A DNA stretch of 62,273 bases, filler included, from Globobulimina sp. (Eukaryota), in NCBI GenBank assembly GCA_003354225.1. It is 25 parts of 25 records of this genome, joined end to end, with 100 filler letters (N's around TTAATTAATTAA, not from the genome) between each part and the next. Parts side by side here need not be neighbours in the genome. Positions count along the whole stretch, not along the records: positions 12,484 to 14,879 come from PIVH01006926.1; positions 14,980 to 17,375 come from PIVH01006927.1; positions 17,476 to 19,870 come from PIVH01006928.1; positions 19,971 to 22,365 come from PIVH01006929.1; positions 22,466 to 24,860 come from PIVH01006930.1; positions 24,961 to 27,355 come from PIVH01006931.1; 19 more parts are not named here. The stretch is one strand, 5' to 3'. Positions 13,249 through 25,182 of the stretch are shown here, one piece after another; positions within the stretch are counted from its first letter, which is position 1; every line of letters begins with the position of its first letter. The position numbers and the translations under genes were made by a program. The notes under the pieces were generated by a model, which was not told where the DNA came from, made no database searches, and saw nothing but the letters and a program-made list of their open reading frames with translations.

Positions 13249-14489
13249 TTGAATCAAATTCTAGCGAATGAAAACGTATCAAATCAACAGCAGCAACAAA
13301 CATATCCAGATACAATTGACAGTGTTTTGTATATAATTCATTGCGGTAAAGGAGCGCCTATTAACCGTACATCCAAAGCAATATTTAAATGCATGAATAA
13401 TCCAGTTTCCGTCAAAGCATCTCTCGAACAAATATTATGGATAAATAAAATGAAATGGACAACAGATCATGCTGTATTTGGATGGAATGCACAGCAATTA
13501 GATGATCAAAAAGATAAAATAACGACGCCATCGATAACAATTATTGATTTCCCCTGGAACAGTCCAATGGAATAAAGTGAAACAATTAACTTTAAAACAA
13601 GTAGAACATGAAGAGAATAATAATGTAAATAATAAAAAAAGTAAAAATAGTAAGAAAAATACATCACATAATAAAGGGCTCGATAATGGAATGGAAATCG
13701 CCGAAGAAAAAATCCGTGAATATTTTGGTGATGACTTCCGACAATTTAATCGATTTAAAAAATGCCGTCAGGTGTTTTACGAAGCAAAATATGCCATCGT
13801 TAAGTGTTATAATTTGTAGTTTGTATTTTGCGCATTTTCGCGTTAAACAACATTTTTTTTACAAACAGGGAGTGGAAAAGAAAGATACAACGCAGGTAAT
13901 GGAGGTTGCTGTGGCTGAAATGGAGGCAAAATATAATAAAAATAAACAAAAATATAACAGATTTGGTGGTAACAATGAGAATGAAAATCCAAATAGCAAT
14001 GGATTACAAAACAGCATCGGAATGATGGTGCAACTTCTTTTGGTGCAACAACTATCAAATATTGCGTCTATTGCGCCACAAAGGGCACCTTCCGTCCCAG
14101 CGCCAATTTTGCCTCAGGTTCCGCCACAAAGTGCAGCTCCCGTTGGACCGCATATTGTGCCTCGAGTTGCACCACAAAGTGCACCGTTTGCAGCTCCAAG
14201 AATTGCAGCAACGGTTGCGCGTCATCTTAGTGTTGCGGCACCACCAATTGCAACAGCAGCCGTGTCATCATATGAGGCAATACGTGGCAGTTCAAGCAAT
14301 ATCGCAAATGTAAGAAGCGATCCATTAAATGCATTAAATCCATTAGTAAATGCAAATAATAATAATATTGCCACTCAAGGATTACAATCATATTTAGCAT
14401 CAATATTGGATGGATTTAAGTGTGTTTTTGTGTCTTTGTGCGTGTCTGTGACTTTTATTTCTATCATAAACTCAGTTGCTATTGGCTAG
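13249..14489 (+). CDS. Hypothetical multi-exon protein with Pro/Ala-rich region; apparent frameshift near 13560
   Basis: Overlapping out-of-frame ORFs 13249-13575 and 13544-13819, then an intron-separated Pro/Ala-rich exon. Confidence 0.35.
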
Positions 14490-14844
14490 CATTAGCAATG
14501 TCATTTTTTTCTTGTGTGTGATTTTTTTTGTATATAGTTGGAATCCTTGAATTTAATTCCATTAAAAATCGTAAATGATTCGGTTGATGCAAGATTTTCT
14601 TCCGTTCAACTTTTCCTGTTTTGCTTTCAATTTTTTTGATTTCATATGCTGTTAAAATGTGTCCATTTTTTCGTTTATTTCTGAGATATCTTTTTATGGT
14701 GGACACAGCGAGTCTGTGGTTAGATGCAATTCGTTCAATAGCTATACCAGCTCCTGCTTCTTTACATATTACATTTCTTTCTCTGATTGAAATGGTGTGA
14801 TGGTTTATTCTCTTGTATTTATTCAAGTTTTCATCATTGCACAT
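14479..14844 (-). mobile_element. IS630/Tc1-mariner-like transposase N-terminal HTH fragment (no DDE domain)
   Basis: RERNVI...GIAIERIASNHRLAVSTIKRYL (HTH), then KKIL...HLRFLMEL...PTIY, after which the similarity stops. Confidence 0.45.
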
Positions 14845-15171
14845 AGCTTACAGTGAGTGACTGTGAGTAATGGGACGAANNNNNNNNNNNNNNNNNNNNN
14901 NNNNNNNNNNNNNNNNNNNNNNNTTAATTAATTAANNNNNNNNNNNNNNNNNNNNNNNNNNNNNNNNNNNNNNNNNNNNATGACGAAAGCAAAATGTTAT
15001 GTTTCTAAATGAAAAAAGTTTTTTTTTCTTCAATTATCAAAGCGTTCATTGAAGAAATGAACTAAAAGCAAAAACCCTAATGCAAATTTTCTTGAAAAGG
15101 GGGGGTTATCTATTAAAACTCATCCTTTACTCGAAAAAAGTTAGTTAGACATAGTCAAATAATTAAGGACA

Positions 15172-16552
15172 ATGGCACAAGGTATTATTTGTTATAATTG
15201 TTATGATACATACTATTTTCTGTTAAATTATGATATGTATACCAGATGTTGTAACTGATTGGCACAATCGAGAATTTATCGAGACTGTGGAGGTTGCAGT
15301 TAGGAAATGTGTAGATTTTTTGAATAATTTTCATGAATCTGCTAAATACCGACTATCTGTGGTTGATGCGAGGTTATCAACATTGGAAAGAAAATTAGAT
15401 TTTTTAGAAGCATCCTTAGAAAATTGTGATCCTTCAAAAAGAGGTGCAAAGCCATCACCATTTAAAGGGTCAATATTTGATCCACAAATAAGACAAAAAA
15501 TAATTGCTCAAAATATACAAAAACAAAAACAAACCAAAAGAACATTCAATAAAATTGTTGTGGCTCCCACAAAATCATTAGTTTCAAGACCAATCGTAAA
15601 TGCTCCTTCAGCACGAAAACAGCCTCAAAAACATCATCAACCGCAACCACAAAAGCAACCACAAAAACAACCACAAAAACAACACCCAAAACAGCCTCAA
15701 AAACAGCCACAAAAACAACTACAAAAACAGCCCCCAAAACAGCCACAAAAACAAAAGGCCAAACCCAAACAGCCAGGCGCTGCGGCTTATGCTTCGAATG
15801 ACGTACCACCGCCAATACCATCCAATATGCAGAAAAAACAGAAAATAGCACAGCAAGCACCAAATCCAATACAAAAACAAAAACAAAAACCAAAACAAAA
15901 ACAATTAAAACAACAACCACCGCCCGTACCAGTACCAGTACCCGGTGGAGCTGGGGGACCGCCACCAAACCCAATGGCGGGACCACCACCAAATCCGATT
16001 AAGAAAAACCCAGTGTCTTCTGCTGCATCAAAACCACCATCTTTCCCTCCCGCTGTACCTCCTGCTATCCCACCATCTGTACCACCGGCTGTCCCGCCAT
16101 CTGTTCCACCGGCTGTTGCAGGGCCCGGTGCGGGTCCCGGTCCTCCTCCTCCCGCTGTACCACCAGCAGCAGCTGTTCCTGTTGCAGGACCCGGTGCAGT
16201 TCCTCCAGCAGCACCGAATGCCAATATAGCCAAAAATAATCAAATTGATATTGTTATAATACAGCAAGGAATAGGCGGTGTACCCAGTGGTTCGTCTGCC
16301 GTCGAAATTGAATATTCCGGACATTTACCAAACGGGAAACAATTTATAAAACACAGAGAAGTGATCCAATTGGGCAAAAAACAGAATATAAAAGGATTAG
16401 AACAAGCTGTCACACGAATTAAAGTTGGCTCAACTATAAAATTATGGATTCCATCGAGGTTAGCATACGGTGCCAGAGGTGCTGGCAATTTGATTCCACC
16501 AAATTCTAATTTAACATTTCAATTAACGCTTCATCGAATTGTTAAACAATAA
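15172..16552 (+). CDS. BRK1: BRICK1/HSPC300 domain + PQKQ repeats + polyproline + C-terminal FKBP-type domain fusion protein
   Basis: ATG at 15172 and intron 15182-15245 give MAQDVVTDWHNREFIE...DFLNNF...RL...RLSTLERKLDFLEA (BRK1 consensus DWANREYIE...DFLNSF...LERRIEYIEA). The C-terminus YSGHLPNG..F...LG...IKGL...VG...LWIPSRLAYGARG...IPPNSNLTF is FKBP-like. Confidence 0.8.
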
Positions 16553-17475
16553 TTAAACGTACATCCAACATTATGTTTAATATAAATTCATTGTAGATAT
16601 TGTTTTCTTGTTTCTTTTCTTGAATTTCTTCTCTTTCTAAAATTTTGCTATCAACGTGCTTCTCGTGAATATATCCGGAGGTTTTGTAAATTTTATAAAT
16701 ATGGCAATGTTATGTTAGGATACATGGCCTTTTGGGTCCCAAATTTCAAATAACATACAAAGATTAAAGATATCATATTTTGTAATGTAAATAATTTGTA
16801 TTTTAAAAACAACGTGGTTTTGTAAGGTCTGATCTGCATAGCTTGATTTTTGGTTGCTTGGTTTCGTTGAAAAGCTTTATTTATAGAGAGTTTTTATTCT
16901 TAGTGTTAATTTTTAACAATTAACAAAGCACTGCACACAACCAAAAGCACAAAAAGCACCATCTCCACCGCCACTGTTTCTGATCATTGGTATTTATTAA
17001 TAATCCGTTAAAATTGTCTGTTATTTCATTTGATCCCTCCCTCCTTTCGACACTCTTTCTACTTGAAACCTGTCCTAATAAATGGGAAGAAAACAAAATG
17101 ACTAATACAATATAGCAAACCCAAAGGATGGCGGATCTAACACATAAACTGAAGCAAGAAGTTGAGTGATTATAATAATTTACATATTGGTATGATATGA
17201 TATGATATGATATGATATGTTTTGCAGATATCTGAGCTTCAAAAACAAATACAAGAACTTCAAGCTTCATTGACTGAGTTGAGTGAAATCTAAATAATAT
17301 ATAATATAATATGAATATGTTAGTAATTAATAATTAATAATTATATGTATGAAAGAGAGAGAGTGTCGAATTTAGNNNNNNNNNNNNNNNNNNNNNNNNN
17401 NNNNNNNNNNNNNNNNNNNTTAATTAATTAANNNNNNNNNNNNNNNNNNNNNNNNNNNNNNNNNNNNNNNNNNNN

Positions 17476-17945
17476 ACAAATATCTTATTCATTTTGGTGA
17501 TGGATTTATTGTCAAATTATTGCACGAAAAATTTGATAGAATTAAAACCGTGGCTCAGTGGAGGGATTTTATAAACAATGTTGGAACATTAAAAGAACAA
17601 TTTACAAAAACAGAGCAATATGAATTATTAAAATATGTATTAAATAATTATCAAACAATGAAATTGAATAAAAAGAATTCACTGAATTTAATTAAACAGT
17701 TAATTGAGATCGATTATAAAAATGGCTTTAAATTAACAAATTTATGGTTTCCACTGTTTATGAAAGACCATAAAAATTGGATTGTAAATGAATTGCCACA
17801 AAAAACATCATTGGCGACATTGCATATATTAATTAATGGAATAACTAATTATGTCATTGGCAAAGGAAAAAATCAAAATGTGTTTGATAAGTCTTACTTT
17901 GAATTTATTAATCAATATACAAACACTCGATGGAACAATATATGA
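17476..17945 (+). CDS. C-terminal fragment of a hypothetical protein
   Basis: 141-aa ORF near the contig edge; no motif recognised. Confidence 0.3.
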
Positions 17946-18039
17946 CCATTCATATAAATATAGACACCTTTTGTCTCCACATTCGAGTCTCAAACACTGC
18001 AGTCCATACTCTTGATTTTTATTTTGCAAAGTTTACGTC

Positions 18040-19870
18040 ATGTCTTCTTTTTTACTGCTAACGTTTCTGCAATTTATCATTACACGCAACAGAAGTCAGC
18101 GTAAACGAACCATCCAATTAGACGCGATGACCATAGCAACGCAAACAGGAGAAGCGGGTCGCGCAGGTTACATAACTGGCGCTCAATACCTAGCGCTGCA
18201 ATCAATTAACAACGACTCAACCATTCTAAACGACTATGAACTTGTATTAAAAATCTACAACACAGTGGATGATTACACGAGAGCCATTAAACAGGCAATC
18301 TCCATCACAGAACCAGACACACTCAAAATCGGCAATGATGACTCGTTTCGCATCCCTATAATGTTAGGTGCACCAACCTCATCGCTATCAATCTTAACCA
18401 ATCCAATTCTATCATTATTCGATTGGGCACAAATATCCTCCGTAGCCACCTCCACTCAATTAGCAGAACCGCAGTATTCTACCTTTTATCGTACAGTGCC
18501 CGATGATGACATTCAAGCAAAGGCCATTGTGTGGATGTGCCAGCACTTCAATTGGAGCAAAATAGTCATATTATATCACGGCGATGCCTATGCGGTATAT
18601 TTAGCCAATGCTATCCATGAATTGGTGTCAAAGACAAAGAGCACACACAAAGACATCCAACTGCATCAAATATCGTACATTGCCAATCGAGATTCTATAT
18701 TGAATGCAGCGCTCGCTATCAAACGAATTGGTGTCTTTATTATTGTGTTGATACCGGACGTAGGTGGCATTGACTTAGTATTTGATATTTTCAATGTTGA
18801 GGGCATACTCAAGTTTCCATACTATTATATCGGAGTGGATGGATGGTTCCAAACACCGCGAATATTAAGTAAGAACATTGCAAAGTATACCAAAGGATTT
18901 ATCGGTATGTTTCCATCATGTTTGTGTTTGAGAAACATTGTTTTTGTAGATAGAGTTTCATATTTAAATAGGCACAGTCCCATGGTATGTAATTTTGTTT
19001 TGTTATGATTGAATTCAAGCAATTTGGCATAAATACCGTAGGCAGCCAACTGCTTTGGATTACACTTTTTACGCTGATAACGGATTTGGAGAGTTGTTTA
19101 ACCATTCCATTGCACAGTTTGATGAATTAATGAATTTATGGGGATGGCATACGGAGAATAATGCGGAGTTTGCCATAATTTTGAAGTTTTTAAAAGTGAA
19201 TATAGATTCAATGGATGTTGGTGCTGCGTATGGATGGGACTCTGCAATGACAATTGTATATGCTTTGGAAGTGTATGATAAAATGTATAATCTGAGTTAT
19301 ATATTCGATGAAAGTAAAGAAACTGTCTCCTTTCGATTGCAGTCTATAATACAAAACGAATCTTTTTGGTTTTATGGCATGACAGGAAATGTGTCATTTA
19401 ATGCAGAAAATGGAAATCGAGAAAGTGGTCTCTATGCATTAGGAAATGTTGTTGATAATGTTGGCAACATTGAATATTTTGGTATATGGGTTGACCATCT
19501 GAGTGAACATGAAAATGATACAAACGTTACAATACATATTGTTTGGCCCGATGAGTTTGTGCAACATAACGAAATTCCTCGCTCTTTCAAATTAGTGACA
19601 TATGAAACAAAACAAATACACAAAGGCATTGTTACACTGTTTCTGATATGTTCGATAATGTCCATGTTGATGGTTGTGTGGACAATAATTGTTTCTTGGC
19701 GATGGCGCGAAAATGTTATATTAAAAGCAGCGTCGTGGAAATTAAATATATTGACTTGTGTTGGATGTTTATTTATGCAATTTACAATAATTATGTTTGG
19801 TTGGCCACCAAATATATATTCGTGCAATATACGTGAATGGTTGGCGGTGATTTCATTTACTTTAGTTTTT
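18040..19870 (+). CDS. Class C (GABA-B-like) GPCR: Venus-flytrap/ANF ectodomain plus start of 7TM_3 (3' truncated)
   Basis: Signal peptide, LALQSINNDSTILNDYEL, FYRTVPDD, FNWSKIVILY, YGWDS, FYGMTGNVSF..GNR, then ILKAASWKLNILTCVG and CNIREWL. A 13-nt microexon gives IGTVPWQP. Confidence 0.85.
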
Positions 19871-20169
19871 NNNNNNNNNNNNNNNNNNNNNNNNNNNNNN
19901 NNNNNNNNNNNNNNTTAATTAATTAANNNNNNNNNNNNNNNNNNNNNNNNNNNNNNNNNNNNNNNNNNNNACAAATCCCTCCATTCGTAGATATCGATTA
20001 ATTACAATGCAGCAACGCGATAACAATCTGTACATAAATTATATCTGCAAATCCACTGCAAATGACACTGAATCAATAACAAATCCATTCTACATTCAAA
20101 TTGATGACATGCATATATTTATCATTCAAACAATTTTGTACATTTACAACCTGACCATTACCCATCTCA

Positions 20170-22365
20170 TTAGCCACTCACATGATGTTCTTGCGCATCC
20201 GGACAATCCTCCGAGGAATGCGCATTCACCATACCACAGACGATGCAATAATGCGGATAATTGCAGTTACGATGATTGTATTTATGCCGGCATTTTAAAT
20301 ATCTTTTTGTGAAGAATTTACATGGTTCGACGCCTTGGAAAGCCAATTTAATGTACATACGACCCCTTCTATTCTCGAACATGTCCTCAGGTTTTGTTCT
20401 ACCTCTCCCTTTCTGCGGAGGTTTGCCACGATCCGTTCTCTCAAATTTATACTCATTCTCTTGCTCTCGTCCATACTCATTCGGTCTCCGATAATTTCGA
20501 TTGTTTCTCTTTCTCCTTTTTGTTGGTGGTTGGTAATGGTCGACGTCCATATCACTGAATTTTCTCTTTTTCTCTCTAAATTTCAAATTCTTGATTCTCT
20601 TTTTTAATTCCTGAGGACAGTTCCTTTGATAATGATTTCCATCACAGGTATAACAACGCAATGCCTTCTTACGTTTTTTACTCTGTTTTTCATCATCACT
20701 CTCTTTTCCATCCTCATTCATATATTTTAACTCTTTCATTACATCAATAGGCAGATCCTGCGAAACTATCAATGGCTTATCCTCCGATTGCTGCATTTGC
20801 CGCCAATGATGATTAAATTCAGAGCCATTCCATACCAATCTCGACTCATTCGCATTAAATCTGAACCTATTTACTTGCAATGCAATAGCCGCAATCGTCC
20901 AAAATTTCATTGGATTTACATTCTTATTATTTATCAATGGCAATATATTTATATTCATAAATTCTCTCATTAGCTTGAATTGTCCCATTATAAAAGCAAT
21001 CATTGGTCCTTGTTGTGGATTTGCCTTCGAATTAAGAAATAATACATCAATAACTCTCTCTGTTAATGTCGTCCAAAGCGTATGAAATGTCTCTTTCTTA
21101 GAAATAAATGCCTTTAATGCGAGCGGTACTGTTTGGCCCCAATTTAGGTGCGTTTTCCAATGGGCGTACCATTGAAATCTCACAATATAATACAAACTGC
21201 CATAGCCATCCAATAATAAATGAATCAATTCTTTTAAAGCCATGGTAATATCTGCTTTCTTTGCAATTAATATTCCATCGGATTTCATCTTTTTGTTACT
21301 CAATAAATGTGCTTAAAATTAATGTTTATTTAATATTTATCCATCAGAAATCAGTGAATTTAATGATTTATCAGAGTATTATCGGTATGTTATATGATTT
21401 CCATTTATTTTTGTTTTGTTATTATGCACACAAATAACACAAAAACAGGCTAAATCCGATACTATGGGCATATCAACAAATTATTTTTTATGTTTTTTAT
21501 ACGTCAAAACGCAGACAAAATCACCAGGAAAGACAATGTATGGCAGTTGTTACCTTTGATACGACAAACTATCAAAGGTTTGTATACAAACCGCAACATT
21601 CCGGTCCCTCCAAATAAGATATTTTTAGACCAAATACATAGATTTTTATCACATATTCAAGCTCACCAAGCAAAGCGATGCCATTCACAAAGAAAAGACA
21701 CAAAGACACTGTGAAAATTTATCCTAACATACTTGCTGCAATTTGGGCCATACACAATTTCCAATTCACATTCTGACGATCTTCGACTATGCCACGTAGC
21801 GCATCAATATTATTCGACAAAGCCTCATCAATTTGACGATTCGATGAATGTGGGTCCAACCACTTATTTAATGCCTTCCTATCCGACACCGAAGGGACAT
21901 AATTATGCGCGTAATTGCCTTGAATGCCATGGGACGCTGCGAAGGCCTGCAATTTCTCCATCGTTGACATATTCGATGGTTTCTGCAACGTTAAGTTTTG
22001 TAATTGTTTCAGTAATGATAATAACTGAGACGATTTAGATTCGCCTAATCTCCCGACCATCGCTGTAAATCCTGCGCTCATTCCACCATTATTCGCATTG
22101 TTTGTGTTATTATTTGCATTCATATTTGTATGCATATTTGTGTTGTTATACATGGTGTTTCTATTTGTGTTTCCATGCATACTCGCGATGTTATTGCCAT
22201 TTGTATTATTGCCAAATGCATTATTTGTGGTCATTGTGTTTGTATTCATCGCAAATACCGATCCTTGGTTCACGTTGTTATTATTATTCATTATATTGTT
22301 ATCTGTGCCAAATGTAAAGCCAAGATTACTGTTTGTATTTGTATTATTATTCATATTCATATTAA
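20170..22365 (-). mobile_element. Gag-like ORF1 of a DIRS/Ngaro-type retroelement, split by a 421-nt intron (21312-21732); 5' truncated
   Basis: CCHC knuckle CYTCDGNHYQRNC, plus terminal CKFF...C...C.YPHYCIVCG...H....CP finger typical of Ngaro/DIRS ORF1. Splicing A|gtatgt...ttaag|CA joins the two ORFs in frame. Confidence 0.55.
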
Positions 22366-22520
22366 NNNNNNNNNNNNNNNNNNNNNNNNNNNNNNNNNNN
22401 NNNNNNNNNTTAATTAATTAANNNNNNNNNNNNNNNNNNNNNNNNNNNNNNNNNNNNNNNNNNNNGTTTGATCATACAAGCAATATGGACTGTCATAAAA
22501 ATTAACCCAAAAAACTATTA

Positions 22521-22608
22521 TTGACAGTACCTCAAAATTAGAGTAGTGCTAATTTATAGAATACCTATTTAATAATGAATTCAATTCATTTCCTTAACAA
22601 AGGAGGAG
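22521..22608 (+). promoter_or_regulatory. Bacterial promoter/operator/RBS region
   Basis: TTGACA at 22521 (the -10 box is weak), palindrome AATGAAT-tca-ATTCATT at 22574-22590, and AGGAGG at 22601 ahead of ATG 22611. Confidence 0.55.
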
Positions 22609-22610
22609 AT

Positions 22611-23453
22611 ATGTACTCAGACCTGGAGGGCAAAACTGCTGTCATCACAGGAGCAGGTAAAAAGACGGGAATTGGTTATGCCATTGCAGAAATCCTTGCC
22701 AAGAGTGGTGTAAACATTGTTATAGCAGACCTAGGTGGGGAACAAACCACCGTTGCCGGCCAGGTAAAAATGGCTGATTCCAATGAAATGGACATGATCT
22801 GCAATGACCTCACCAAAAAATACCAGGTTCAATGCCTGGCTGTTTGTGTTGATGTAACCGATGGCTCTTCAATTAGTCAAATGACAGAGCGCATTAGTGA
22901 AAAATTTTCTAACATCGAAATCCTATGTAATAATGCAGGTGCCTCCTTTGGTGTTCCATGCGGATTTGAACATTATAATGAGGAATCCTGGATGAAAACC
23001 ATTGATGTAAATCTTCATGGTGTTTTCAGAATTTCAAGGGCGTTGCTCCCTTTTATGAAAAATAAGCCAGGGGCCAGCATTATTAATACGGCTTCCAGAG
23101 CTGGCAAAGTACCTGCATTATTCAATGGTGCATACTCAGTTGCAAAAGCCGGAGTCATTATGCTCACCAAGGTCATGGCCAAAGAACTTGCCGGATCAAA
23201 TATCCGTGTTAATGCCATCTGTCCCGGCCAGGTCATGACAGATATCGAAAAATGGCGTTTTGAATTGGAAGCCAAAGTTTTCGAGTCCAGTGTGGATGAA
23301 CGGATAAGTGAAATGTGTACTACAATTCCAATGAATCGTATCGGCACCCCGGATGAAGTCGGTAACCTTGTTTCATATCTTGCATCGGATGCATCATCAT
23401 ATATCACGGGTCAGGCCATTAATGTATGTGGCGGCCAATTGATGGAGTTATAA
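22611..23453 (+). CDS. Bacterial short-chain dehydrogenase/reductase (FabG-like SDR)
   Basis: TGAGKKTGIG, NNAG, S...YSVAK catalytic motif, IRVNAICPG, YITGQAINVCGG; Shine-Dalgarno present; no introns. Confidence 0.92.
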   Translation: MYSDLEGKTAVITGAGKKTGIGYAIAEILAKSGVNIVIADLGGEQTTVAGQVKMADSNEMDMICNDLTKKYQVQCLAVCVDVTDGSSISQMTERISEKFSNIEILCNNAGASFGVPCGFEHYNEESWMKTIDVNLHGVFRISRALLPFMKNKPGASIINTASRAGKVPALFNGAYSVAKAGVIMLTKVMAKELAGSNIRVNAICPGQVMTDIEKWRFELEAKVFESSVDERISEMCTTIPMNRIGTPDEVGNLVSYLASDASSYITGQAINVCGGQLMEL

Positions 23454-23477
23454 TTTTAAGCTAACTGGAGAACAATC

Positions 23478-24860
23478 ATGAGTGAAATTACAGGCGGACA
23501 GCTTGCGGCTGAAGCCATTGAACAACAGGATGTCAATTATATATTCACACTTAGCGGCGGCCATATCACGCCCATTTATCAATATATTGTCAACACCAGT
23601 GTCAAGCTGTTTGATACCCGCCATGAACAATCCGCTCTATTCATGGCAGAAGCATGGGGTAAACTGACTCGAAAACCCGGTGTTGCAATGGTCACAGCAG
23701 GCCCTGGTTTTACAAATGCACTCACCGGTATTGCCAGTGCGGCATTCTCCAATACGCCCTTAGTTTTTATTGCTGGATGCGTGGGCCATAATGCCCAGGA
23801 AAAACTGGATCTTCAGGACATGCGTCAGGCACCCACCATTGAACCTATGGTTAAAAAAGTCCTTATTTGCAATAAAACCGAACGGATTCCCGAATACGTT
23901 GACATGGCTTTCAGAATAGCCACGTCCGGTCGCCCGGGTCCAGTCTATCTGGAAATTCCTGTGGATCTTCTTAACGGAACTGTCGATTCAGACACTGTTA
24001 AAATCTTCAACTCCTCTGTGACAGCCCGGCCCGTTGATCTGGCAGGAGCTGCTCAATTCATGACCCTGCTTGAAGCTGCTGATAAACCAATCCTCGTTGC
24101 AGGCGCTGGCGCCTGGAATTCCAATGCAGGAGATGAACTTAAATCTTTTATTGAAGATACTGGAACACCCATCTTCACATCATTGGCTGGCCGGGGGATC
24201 GTTCCCGATACTCACCCACTCTGTTTTGAATCATCCCTTGCCATTCGGCCGGGAGCATCATTTTCCGCCCTGATTGAATCGGATCTGGTCATTTTTCTTG
24301 GCACACGTATGAGTCTCTATTATATGTTTGGTGATATTATCAACCCAAATGCAAAACTCGTTCATGTTGACATGAATGCAGAAGAGATCGGTCGAAACAG
24401 ATCCATAGATCTGGGTGTTGTCAGCGACATAAAAGCATTTATTGCCGAATGTAATCGTATCCTGGAAAGCAGGAACAATGGTGATATGCTTACATCGAAA
24501 TTTAATGAATGGATTACTCATTTAAAAGAGGAAGAGACCAAAAGTAAAGAGTTTGCCGAATTGACCTGGAAAAGTGATAATACGCCAATTCATCCCATGC
24601 GGCTTGCAAGGGAAGTGGATGAATTTATGAACCGAGAGGATGATATCGTTGTGGCCGATGGCGGTGACACAACAACCTGGATGGGAATGACCAGAACGAT
24701 GAAAAAACCTGGACATTATCTGGACTACGGACTATATGGTTCTTTAGGTGTAGGGCTTCCCTATGCCAATGCAGCCAAACTCCTTTATCCTGAAAAACGA
24801 GTCCTTTTAATATCCGGAGATGGGTCCATGGGCTTTAATTTTATGGAATTTGAAACCGCC
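23478..24860 (+). CDS. Bacterial thiamine-diphosphate enzyme (acetolactate synthase-like / 2-hydroxyacyl-CoA lyase-like), 3' truncated
   Basis: FTLSGGHI, TRHEQSA, VTAGPGFTN, GRPGPVYLEIP, GSLGVGLP, GDGS. It lies 24 bp after the SDR stop, with a GGAG RBS (operon). Confidence 0.9.
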
Positions 24861-25182
24861 NNNNNNNNNNNNNNNNNNNNNNNNNNNNNNNNNNNNNNNN
24901 NNNNTTAATTAATTAANNNNNNNNNNNNNNNNNNNNNNNNNNNNNNNNNNNNNNNNNNNNATAATCTGTAAAAAACTGTAAATTCAAAGAGTTTACAGTA
25001 AAAACAGTAATTTCAAACTGAAAAGCAAAAAGTTAAATGTTACCTTTAACATTTTATTATTAACCTATTTTCCTTCCCAGGATCTAAGTCTGGCTCCATG
25101 CTCACCGATTGCTTAAACATCCCGGTGAGGATCTAAAATGAGTCGAGTTTTTAATTATTGACTTTTACTTCAAAGTCCAACA

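Noticed and set aside
13544-13575. Euplotes-type stop-codon frameshifting (GAA-TAA here, GAA-TAG at 39344)
   Set aside because: Overlapping ORFs trivially allow this. At the F-box sites the downstream frame looks protein-like well before the stop, favouring indels. Conserved genes in the window show no such shifts.
15546-16488. Multiple overlapping antisense ORFs (also at 30036-31072 and 37380-37975)
   Set aside because: Shadow ORFs of low-complexity repeat coding sequence.
22466-24860. Horizontal transfer of bacterial genes into the protist genome
   Set aside because: The whole contig is bacterial in style, with no junction to eukaryotic DNA; a co-sequenced bacterium is simpler.
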